NCBI GenBank assembly: GCA_964016885.1
Contig: OZ024763.1
Span: forward strand, 8,184,001 to 8,248,000
From: Eledone cirrhosa
Lineage: Eukaryota
Direction of reading: 5' to 3'
Length of the DNA stretch: 64,000 nucleotides
Notes under the pieces: generated by a model
Seen by the model: the letters and a program-made list of their open reading frames with translations, nothing else
The model's database searches: none
Told to the model about the DNA's origin: nothing
Part shown: in pieces, positions 52,979 through 64,000 of the stretch
Layout of the letters: the number at the start of each line of letters is the position of its first letter
Numbering within the stretch: position 1 is the stretch's first letter
Position numbers and translations under genes: made by a program

Positions 52979-54186
52979 GGTTCTACTGTGAGATGGGTTT
53001 GGCGTGGTGTGGCCAACCTGTCTGTCTTTTCCTCATAATGGGGCCATCCAGTTCAACACTGTAAATGTGGTTGGGATGAAGAAGGGCATCCAGCTGTAAA
53101 AATCCCGGCCAAATTTACATCCTTATCTGAGCAAGGAACGGTGTGGGCAATCTGGCCAGACTTATTCCATGATGTGGACAACCTGTCTAATCCATGTAAA
53201 GATGGAAAAATGGATGCTAAACGGTGATGATGATGATAGCTAAATATTACTTCAATCATTTGTATTGTACAAAGTCACCCCATCCAGCCTGTCTGGGAGG
53301 TCAGTGACCTGCTACCCCTTCACCTCCTCCCCACTTCAGTATGTTATGACCCAGCCAACTCTTGCTTAGCAGGGAAAGTGGATGTTAAATGGTGATGGTG
53401 ATGATGATAATGGTGGTGATGACGGTGGTGATGTTGTTGGTGGTGATGGTGATGATGACAAATGATGATGATGATGTAATATAATAATGAAAATTGTGTA
53501 CAGTGCTCAGGTGCACTACAACTCATCAAAGGTGCATGTATAGTACATGATGATGATATTGATGATGATGGTGGTGATGAAACATTTGTAAGAGTATTGA
53601 ATGATGATATGATACTGATAATGGTGATGGTGGTGGTGGTTGTGATGATGGTGGTGGTAGTGGTGGTTGTGATGATGGTTGTGATGGTGGTGGTGGTGGT
53701 GGTTGTGATGATGGTGGTGGTTGTGATGATGTTGTTGGTGGTGATGATGGTGGTGGTTGAGATGATGGTGGTGATGGTGATGATGGTGGTGGCGGTGGTG
53801 GTTGAGATGAGGGTGATGATGGTGGTGGTTGTGATGATGATGATGATAAAACATCTGTAAAGGTATTCAATGAAGTAAGAAATCTTTTCTATCTTCTTAC
53901 TTTGGTAAAATATGTTCTCTGTTAATATATAACTCTTTCTTTAAATAACATCTTCTATCTATAATATGAACATATTGATCTTGAATACATTATTGATTGA
54001 CAATATATTGATTCATATATTTATATATATATATATATATGTGTGTGTAGTGTCGTGTGTGTCTGTGTGTATATGTGTATATACACACAGACACATATAT
54101 ACATATGTGTCTGTGTGTATATATGTGTGTGCGTGTATATGTATACACACACACACAGATATATATGAAACTGCTTGGTGCCATTT

Positions 54187-54250
<64 letters not shown>

Positions 54251-54252
54251 TC

Positions 54253-54933
54253 AGCTGTATAACAAAGTGCAGGGCAATAAAGATAGACGGTAGCCACGGA
54301 GTAGGCAGACCCAGAAAAACATGGGACGAGCTGATAAATTCCGACCTCACACGCTTACACCTCTCCAAGACAATGTCACTGGACCGAGACCTTTGGCGGT
54401 ACTCAGTAATAGAGAAGACCCGCCTTACCTAAATACAAAGTAAAAACCTACTACAGTCAGTAGGCATCTCTATCAAAACACCCCCCCGTCCCACCACCTC
54501 CACCCCATCCACACCGCCCCTTTCAATGTACAGTTATGTTGGTCCCACAACATCCAGGCCGAAACAAATGAGATCGTGTAGGTGTCACGACAAAAAAAAC
54601 ACACAGTCCACGCTGTAAATGTGGCCGTGTAGGCAACACGGTAAAAACGTCCCAGCCCCACACTGTAAATGTGGTTGGTGTTAGGAAGGGCATCCAGCTG
54701 TAAAAAACCCGCCAGACAGTCCACGCTGTAATGTGGCCGTGTAGGCAACACGGTAAAAACCTCCCAGCCCCACACTGTAAATGTGGTTGGTGTTAGGAAG
54801 GGCATCCAACTGTAGAAAACCCGCCAGACAGTCCTATGCGAGCAAGACAACCACTCTTGCCTCAAGTGGGAAAACCCCCGTCCAAACCCATGCAAGCGTG
54901 GAACACGGACGCTAAACCTGATGATGATGATGA

Positions 54934-54937
<4 letters not shown>
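54253..54937 (+). mobile_element. 5'-truncated RTE-clade LINE 3' end
   Basis: ORF2 C-terminus KIDGSHGVGRPRKTWDELINSDL...DRDLWRYSV (GRPxKTW and DRxxWR motifs), then a 3'UTR ending in (GAT)n. Confidence 0.8.
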
Positions 54938-54973
<36 letters not shown>

Positions 54974-56777
54974 CTCCAGACTAACAAGGCTCACCACATA
55001 GCCGCCATAATATAAAGAATATTTAAACTTGACTTTGGTATTGAGTATTCATTCTCATGTCTGTCAATAATACATGGGGACACGACAAACAACGCCCAGC
55101 CCTCACTGTAGATGTTGTTGGTGTTAGGAAGGGCATCCAGCTGTAGAAACCAAGCCAAAATCAGTTCTGTATGAGCGAGACATGGTCACCCGACCCAACT
55201 TACCTCAAGTGGGACAAACCTGTCTAACCCATGCTAGCGGGGAAAATGGACTTTAAATGATTATGATGATGTGTATATAATGTGCTCTTCTTCGTGGTTG
55301 TTTAACCCTAGGACAGATACATGATCAACACTGTTCCAGCTTTGACTACTCCACCCTATATTCAGACACAGTGTATGTAGGAGTACATTGCATAATATGT
55401 TCTTCTTATTTTCTCAAAGATTAGGTAGACCGGCCAACCTCTAAAACCCCAATCGGGGAATACCATTTAAAAAAGGGCCCAAAACGGAGAAATGAAGCAA
55501 AATGGGGAGATTTTACATAATGAAAGCCCATTTTCACAAGAGAAAACATCTCTCAGCCATCCCAAAGTAGGTTTGAGATCTTCCAGTCCAAGGGGGGAGA
55601 GTTGACAGGTCTGAATAGGGTAAGATTTGTAGAGGATTTGGCTGTTGTTTCTAGCAAGACAAGTTATAAACTAAACTAAAGTCTTTCTCATTGACAGTTG
55701 TAGCAAATATTGTTGTTTATCTGCAGAGGTTCATTGTCTGTCTGTCTGTCTGTGTTTTGTGTCAGTCAGTGTGTGTGTGTGTGTTAGTCAGTGTGTGTGT
55801 ATATGTCAGTCAGTGTGTGTGTATGTGTCTGTCTGTGTGTTTTGTGTCTGTCTGTGTGTGTGTATTTGTCTGTATGTATATATGTTTTGTACCTGCATTT
55901 ATGTGTGGTTTTGTCTGTCTGTCTATTATGTATGAGTGTATATATATATATATTGTGTGTGAGTGTATAATATATTTATTTATATATATATAGTGTGTGA
56001 GTATATATATATATTATGTGTATCTGAGTGTGTATATATATTATGTGTGTGTGTTTACCTCAGTGTGTGTGAGTGTATATATATATATATATTATGTGTA
56101 TATATATTATGTGTGTGTTTACCTCAGTATATATATATTGTGTGTGTATAAACCAATGAAACAAGAAACCCCAAATCTAAAGAATGACAATATAGAGAAT
56201 ATGACTAATCTCTGTCTCTAATCCCTGGTTAATCCATTTGTCAGGGGTGGGCATGGTTAGATCAACTGACCTCTCTATTGTATAGGGTTTATATAGGATT
56301 GTGACAGTAAGTAACCTGATCACTCCTTTTTCTACTAATGGTTGGTATCACCCAGTTTTGATTTAAGAACCCTACCCTACCCTCAGCTGCACATGAGATG
56401 CGTGGGGTGAGCAAGCTGGTATTAGTTAGGGTTAGGGCAGAGAGTGATTGTTATCTGGGGGTGGTGTAGTGGTGGTGGTGTGAAATATAGCAGTGTGTGT
56501 TGTTGTTGTTGAACTCTATAACATTGTTTAACCCTTTAGTATTTAAACCTCTTTCTGTTCAAACTGGCCATAGCTGGCTGAAACTAGCCACTCATACTGA
56601 TGTTAAGGGTTGCCGTATTGATATACAGGGTTTGTTGGGCATTTGAAGCCTGGCGGAGCCCATCTCTTCTCCAAGCCTGAGTACAGCAGATTTCTTCCAG
56701 AGAAAGATAGAGAAAATGAGAGAGAGGAAGTGAGGAAGAGACATAGAGGAAGAATTGACCCCAGTACATGACTGGTA

Positions 56778-56824
<47 letters not shown>

Positions 56825-59295
56825 TGCAAAGTGGTCGTGGAGGTGCCAGCACCCAGCACTCACTCACTGTAATATGAGGTTGGTGTTAGGAGGGGCAGCC
56901 AGCTGTAGAAATCAAGCCAGAATCAGTTCCCGTATGAGCAAGACAAGGTCAGCCGACCGGACACTGCCCACAACAGGACAACCCATCTAACCCATGCTAG
57001 CGTGGAAGAACGGACATAAAATGATGATGATGATATATATATATATATATATATATATGGTGCTATTAAGTTAGGCATGGCCTGGGCCAGTACTGGCTGG
57101 CTGAAACCTATCAAAGTTATATGTGTGTGTGTGGAGAGATAGAGAGAGGAAATGAGAAAGAGATGGAGAGGAAGAATCAACCCAGTACTTGACTGGTACT
57201 TTTTTTTTTATCGACCTCGTAAGGATGAAAGGCAAAGTTGACCTCGGCGGGATTTGAACTCAGAGAGCAGAAAACCAAAATGAATACTGCAGAGTAGTCT
57301 ATCCTATGTTCTAACGTCTGTTATTTGCCGCCATAATAGTAAATATAGAGTAATGTAGATGGTAAAGGGTTAACTCCAGTTTACCATCTTCAATCAGTTT
57401 TATGATCAAAACTGTCCCAACCATGACTAACCATACTTTATTTTATTCAAACACCTATGTAGGTCTCGTCTTCCCACAAGTTTGCATCTCAGTGGATTGG
57501 CAATATTAATCAGTAGAACATCAGACATGCTTTGTGGTATATAGTTACATCCCTTTATGTTCTCAGTTCAAATCTGAACCATGGTGTCAAAACCTCAAGA
57601 TACACCAGTTGGACTTCCAAGACTGGAAGACTTGAAGTTTTACCTGTCAGTGACAGTGGTGGTGGTAGTATTGGTGGTGTTAGCAGTATTGGTAGTGGTG
57701 GTAGTAGTATTGGTTGTGATGGTGCTGGTGGTAATATTGGTAGTGATGGTGGTGGTAGTGGTGGTGGTGCTGGTAGTGGTAGTAGTATTGGTAGTGGTGG
57801 TGGTGCTGGTAGGGATGGTAGTGGTAGTAGTATTGGTAGTGGTGGTGATGGTGATACTGGTAGTGATGTGATGTTAGTGGTGGTGTTGGTGGTGATAGTA
57901 TTGGTAGTGATGTGGTGGTGCTGTCAGTGACAGTGGTGGTGGTAGTATTGGTGGTGATGTGGTAGTGATGAGGTGGTGATGATAATGGTGCTGGTAGAGG
58001 TGGTGGTAGTGATGGTAATGGTAGTGGTAGTAGAGGTGGTATTAGTAGTGGTGGTGGTAGTAGTGGTAGTAGTAGAGGTGGTAGTAGAGGTGATTTAGTG
58101 TGTGTGATCTGACAGAAGAGCTGAGGAAATCTCCTATCATCAGTTCTTAACCTTTAACTGACCCAGAATAAAATCAAGTCCTAGTTTCTTGTTATAAAAC
58201 CCCAGACATGGCTCCCTATGGCCCCTGTGCAGGGCTCCCGGAGGGTGGGGGAGGCCTATATCTCAACCACAGTCTAACAAGCCTGTTATGCCTCCACCAT
58301 GAACACCACCACTACCACCTACTACCACCAGTTTCATTGCCATATCAGGAACACCACCACCACCACTACTACTACCTACTATCAGCAGCTTCACCACCAC
58401 TACCACCTACCATTACTACTACCACCACCACCACCACCACCGGCTATCATCACTACCACTACACCACCAGCTATCATCACTACCACTACACCACCACTAC
58501 CACTGCACCACCTACCTACACCACATCGTGGCCAGTACAAATACCATTACACCACCACCACCACTACCACCACCACCACCCATGTGATGTTTACTCTGTT
58601 AATCAGCAGAGATATATTTAATTAATGAGTTCTGTGTGTGTGGTATGTTATGTGTGTATATATATATATAGATGCATATATATATACATACATACATACA
58701 TATATGTGTGTGTGTGTGTGTGTATATATACACACGCATATACACACACACATACACTAGCTTATGTACAGGCATGCACACATGTATACATACATGTGTG
58801 TATTTGAATATCTATATGTATATATATATAAACCAGGAAAGAAGAGTGACATGGTTTGCTATACAAAAAAGGTTTTTAATCACATTGCTGACAATTGTTT
58901 CTCTGAACTGATAGGTCTCGAGATCGCTACCCTCCTGTTTTCACGTCATTCGATCACCAATACATAGTTGTAACCACTCAATTCATCAGAGTTAGCGAGA
59001 ATGAAGGGAATACACAGGCATGGCTTCTATATATAGTAATGGCATTCAATCAGAACAATAACAACAATACTAACAATGCTAGCAATAAATTATTTGAAAT
59101 AATCATAAGATCAATTTAAGTAAGACATATAGTATATCTACGACTTTAGTGTGTAAAATGAGCTGACATGAGGCAGATGTATGAAATTGTCATGGGGTGT
59201 ATTATATATAGTGTAGAGATAAGCCGGTGGCTTTAAACAATGATATATGTACATATATATATGTATATATATATATATATATATATGTACATATA

Positions 59296-59620
59296 TCATC
59301 ATCATCATTATTTTACATCCGCTTTTCCCTGCTTGCAAGGGTGGGACGGGAACTGATTCTGGCTTGATTTCTACAGCTGGATGCCCTTCCTAACACCAAC
59401 CTCATTTGCAGTGTGGGCTGGGTGCTTTTTTGCTGTTGCCCCTCCATGTCCACTTTACAGTGGAATGATAGGGACCACAGTCCTATCATCTCATTTCTAC
59501 AGCTGAGTAAACTGGAGCAGCGTGAAATAAAGTGTCTTGCTCAACACATCACCCGGTCCGAGAATTGAACTCACAACCTTTCGATTGCAAGCCGAATGCT
59601 CTAACCACTAAGCCATGTGC
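59296..59620 (-). mobile_element. Full-length tRNA-headed SINE with RTE-type 3' tail (second copy 11056-11404; partial copies ~24640-24780, 34880-34960)
   Basis: Head TGGCTTAGTGGTTAGAGC (A box), anticodon-like loop CTTGCAA, GAGTTCAATTC (B box), middle gagcaagacactttatttcac, tail ...aagggcatccagctgtagaaa...(GAT)n. Confidence 0.8.
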
Positions 59621-60319
59621 CTCTCTCTCTATATATATATCTATAGAGAGATAATGTGTGTATGTGTATTTGCACTATGTTGTGGATATAGGTGTGTGTT
59701 GCATTTGTGTGTATTTATATTACTTGTTTGTTCAAGTCAAAGTTATTGCTTGTACGCATCATCACCACCATCATCATCATTATCGTCATCATCACCATCA
59801 TAATCATTATCGTCATCATCACCATCATAAACATTATCGTCATCATCACCATCACCCTCACCATCACCACCATCATCATTGTCATCACCACCACCATCAT
59901 TATCACCATCATCATCCTCAGCAGTATCGTCATCACCATCATGCCACCATCATCACCATCACCATCATCATCCCCACCCTCATACACATGCACGCATGTA
60001 TCTGTCTGTATATCATGTCTCGTACACTGTTCACTTTCCTGACATTTGTACATTATTCTATGTACTATACATGCACCTTTGATGAATTGTAGTGCACCTG
60101 AGCACTGTACACAATAATTTCATTATTATTATTATAATATTGATTCTATGAGATTTTGATATTATTTAATTTGAAAACAATACCTTAACATCAGTATGAG
60201 TAGCCAGTTACAGCTGGTTTGAACAGAAAGAGGTGAAAGAATTCTTGTCAGATATGGTTGGTCCAAATGCTAAAGGGTTAACAAGTGTTCTTATATAAAA
60301 TTATGATGGAAGGTTTTTG

Positions 60320-60385
60320 GTCCACCGTTCCATAATCTGGTGGACCCTTAGGAAACTGGGGGTAGATGAAGAAAGGCTTGTGAGG
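60320..60385 (+). mobile_element. RTE-type reverse transcriptase fragment
   Basis: Translates RSIIWWTLRKLGVDEERLVR, typical of the segment after KAFD in RTE RTs. Confidence 0.55.
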
Positions 60386-61236
60386 TGCACTGTTTTATTC
60401 AAATTAAATATATTTGTCATTAAACAAAAATAATTCTTCTGACAGAACCCGCTGGAGGGAACGTTTGAGGACTCTTCCCCCATCACCCTCTCAGTAATAA
60501 GTCGGCGAAGAAGAACATTAAAAAAAAAAATTTTTGCAGACTCTATATATGGGGTGGGGGTGGGGGAAGACACAATCTTTTATTCAAGTGCTTAGAACCT
60601 CGAAAAAAAAAAAAAAAAAAAAACTGTCTTGGCTCCATACTCTTATGTTGTAGAAAAGAAATCTCAAATTCCGACCTGGGGGCTGCTTGGGTGGGTGGGG
60701 CTTGTTTTATAGGTTAACCCGGGATGGGTGGGGGTAATGGATGGTAATGCGTGACAGCATCAGTCTTTGACCTTTAGGAAGTTCCTCCCTCCTTTCCCTG
60801 ACCCCTCTCTGTCTGTCCTATTCCTTACTACAAGGTGTCAGGAATGTGGTGCACTATCACAACCCAAGACTCCAGAGAAGTTGTATAAAGAATTCTCTGC
60901 CAACAGACAGTGTTTCCTTGTTTGTCATTGTGGCGCTTAATTCAAAACCCTTCCACAGAAATAGTAAGCTAATATCGGTTGTGTGTTAGTATGTGTGTGT
61001 GTGTGTCTCGATATATATGTGTGTGTGTGTGTGTGTCTCGGTATATGTGTGTGTGTGTGTGTGTGTCTCGGTATATGTGTGTGTGTGTGTGTCTCGGTAT
61101 ATGTGTGTGTGTGTGTGTCTCGGTATATGTGTGTGTGTGTCTTGGTATGTGTGTGTGTGTGTCTCAGTAGGTATGTGTGCGTGTCCCCCAGTATGTGTGC
61201 ATGTATATAACTATTGCTCTCTCTCTATATATTTAT

Positions 61237-61293
<57 letters not shown>

Positions 61294-61423
61294 ATACTGT
61301 ATATATATATATATATAAATACTATATATATACTATTTATTAAAAACACCAAAGAATCAATGCATTTTCAAACTAACACATTTCACCGATACACACACAC
61401 ACACACTTACACTCACACACTCA

Positions 61424-61460
<37 letters not shown>

Positions 61461-61947
61461 ACACATGTGTGTGTATTATATAACTGGCTGAATGAACAGA
61501 ACCAACCACCACCACCACCACCATTACCACTACACCGTCATCACCACCACCACTACCACCTCCATCATCACCACCACCACTACCACTACACCGTCATCAC
61601 TACCACCACCTCCACCATCACCAGCACCACCTCCACCATCACCTCCACCATCACCACCACCACCACCAACACCAACAACACTGCCACAACCCACAACAAT
61701 ACCAACATCAACAACACCACCACCACCTCCACCATCACCTCCACCATCACCACCACCACCACCAACAACACTGCCACAACCCACAACAATACCAACATCA
61801 ACAACACCACCACCAACACCACTACCGCCACCAACACCACCAACACCACCACCAACATCAACATCAAAACAGTAATAGAAACCTGAGCAAAAATAGATCA
61901 GAAATTGTAAAACTGTTTGGGATTCTTTGAGAGATATTGGCTAACAG

Positions 61948-62027
<80 letters not shown>

Positions 62028-62085
62028 GGAGGGTGTGGAGAATTTAGTGGCTGCTTCTTTTCTTGTTTATAAGAAATAACAAATC

Positions 62086-62138
<53 letters not shown>

Positions 62139-62338
62139 GCACGTCTGTTTTGTTTCTTCCCGAATAGCTATCCGAGAATAGTTATTAATGCACTGTGATA
62201 AATAGTCCTGCCTTTAATGCATTTGAAACCATAATGATCTGCAGAAGACAGCTGATGAACGGGAATTGTCCTTGTTTTCACCCACATGTTTTTTTAATTA
62301 TATATATATATGTATATATACTCTGAATGCCTGAATTT

Positions 62339-62389
<51 letters not shown>

Positions 62390-64000
62390 CTCTGAATGCC
62401 TGAACATGTATACATTAAAGCTCTGCTGTCTGGCAACTTACTTGGTAGATACTCATGAAATTATTAACCATCTTTCCAACAAGAACCCTGAGCACGTTTT
62501 TGAATTCCATGTGTCTGGAACCCCTATCTTGCTCAGAATATTGATCTCCTGGAAACTGTTCAGAGACGTGCAACCAAATGAACCCCTCCATCAGGCATCT
62601 ACCATACTCTGAATGCCTTGCTTCCTGGGCATGGATACATTAAACTTCTGACATCTGGCAACTGACTTGGTAATCACCTAAAAGATTATTAACCATCTTT
62701 CCAACAACAACCCTGAGCACCCGTAGACATGCTTGCAAAGTCTGAAAACAGTTCAGCTCCCATGACTTTGCAAAACATTTGTTTCTGTAATTGTTTACCT
62801 TCCGAGTCATATCACATGACCTTTAGCTGGTCAGGGAGCAGTCACTGTATGAAGGTAATTAACATGAATTGGTAGTGTAGTGAGTGATATATAAAAAAAC
62901 AGTGCATTAAATATTTCGCTCTGAAGATGGCCACATGTGATGTCAAAAGCTGAGTTCGCTCACTTTTCTTCTTTTTTTATTTAGAATTTATAAATTTAAA
63001 AACAAAAAAGACGGAATGTGTTCATGTGCAGTCATGTTATCTTTATCTTGTATCATGCACTGGGAACGGCACTTGGGGTCAGGGGTCGAGATAGGCTGGG
63101 GGTAGGGGCGGTTGTGTGACGTCATATTGATAAATCTTGTCAGCTTTTCGTCTTGCTTCTCGTGTGTGTATATATATATATATGTATATGTATATATATA
63201 CACACACATATATATGCACACACACACACACACACACACACGCGTATACATACATATATATATATATATATACACACATATATATACATATATATACACA
63301 CACATATATATATGTATATATTAATATATGTATATATATGTATACACATATGTATATATATATATACATACACACACACACGCACATATATATATATATA
63401 TATATTGTTTCCCATGTGAAAAAAAACCCCAACAAAAACATTTGATGACTTATCATTTTTTACCCTCCCTAGACTGTTTTTATTTTATTTACACTCTCTC
63501 TCTCTCTCTCCCCTCTACGCTCCTAACCTTTACCTCCCCCCTCCGAACTTCTCCTCCTACACCGTGCCCCACCCCTCACAATACCTTCAAATTCAACCCC
63601 CTCCCCCTCCGGCCTCAGGACTTCATTAATCAGATATATTCTGACCCCCCTGATCGTTTGGAACGCCCCCCCCCTATCCCCCCGCCCCTAAAAAGACCAA
63701 TAGAAAAATAAAACAAAACAAAACAACAACAAAAGCCGGGTGGGAATAGAGTGGAGGTGGGGGTTGAATAAATGAATTAAAAAAATATTAAAATATAAAT
63801 GAATCCTTCCTCCCTCCACTCGTGGTTTGCTGTAAGGTCAGCCCGCCCACTGTAGACTTTATATACTGTTGGGGGGGAGCTGGAAATGTCTATTTGTGGT
63901 CTGTGGTGGGAAATAGTAGAGAGGGGGAGAGAGAGAGAAATGGGTGGAAATAAATATACAACTTGATTAACTTGTGTGGTGTCAATATACTTTGTGTGTA

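Noticed and set aside
59545-59620. tRNA-Ala(TGC)-like gene (also ~11335-11404)
   Set aside because: No proper acceptor stem or Pol III terminator; continues into a SINE body and tail.
62918-62960. ctCTGAAGAtggc...gtcAAAAgctgag hammerhead-like string
   Set aside because: GAAA is AAAA and there is no proper UH site; at best a dead remnant.

Overview
Eukaryotic, AT-rich, microsatellite-dense animal DNA; the repeat families suggest an octopus/cephalopod (inference). Two convergent intron-containing genes can be reconstructed by hand with GT-AG junctions and consistent phases. One is a 3-exon SH3BGRL3-like glutaredoxin-fold gene on + (CDS 3221-3265, 16984-17151, 17693-17758; 92 aa). The other is a 13-coding-exon CSTF1/CstF-50 gene on - (36138 to 22653; 429 aa). 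Almost all ORFs in the track are microsatellite artefacts. The rest of the window holds tRNA-headed SINEs, LINE remnants (RTE, CR1, Tx1, CRE-like), MITEs, TE-derived minisatellites and a 4.5-kb nearly G-free satellite. The most interesting signal is a set of at least three families of short fold-back elements, most of them next to (TA)n tracts. They have the geometry of Penelope-like retroelement ends (variable-axis inversion, fixed 3' tail). They contain complete or partial type I hammerhead ribozyme folds with a recurring U.U pair at the base of stem II, and two of the three families plus further tails share a TATTGAGTAC motif. No host coding exon was recognised from about 36.3 kb to 64 kb.
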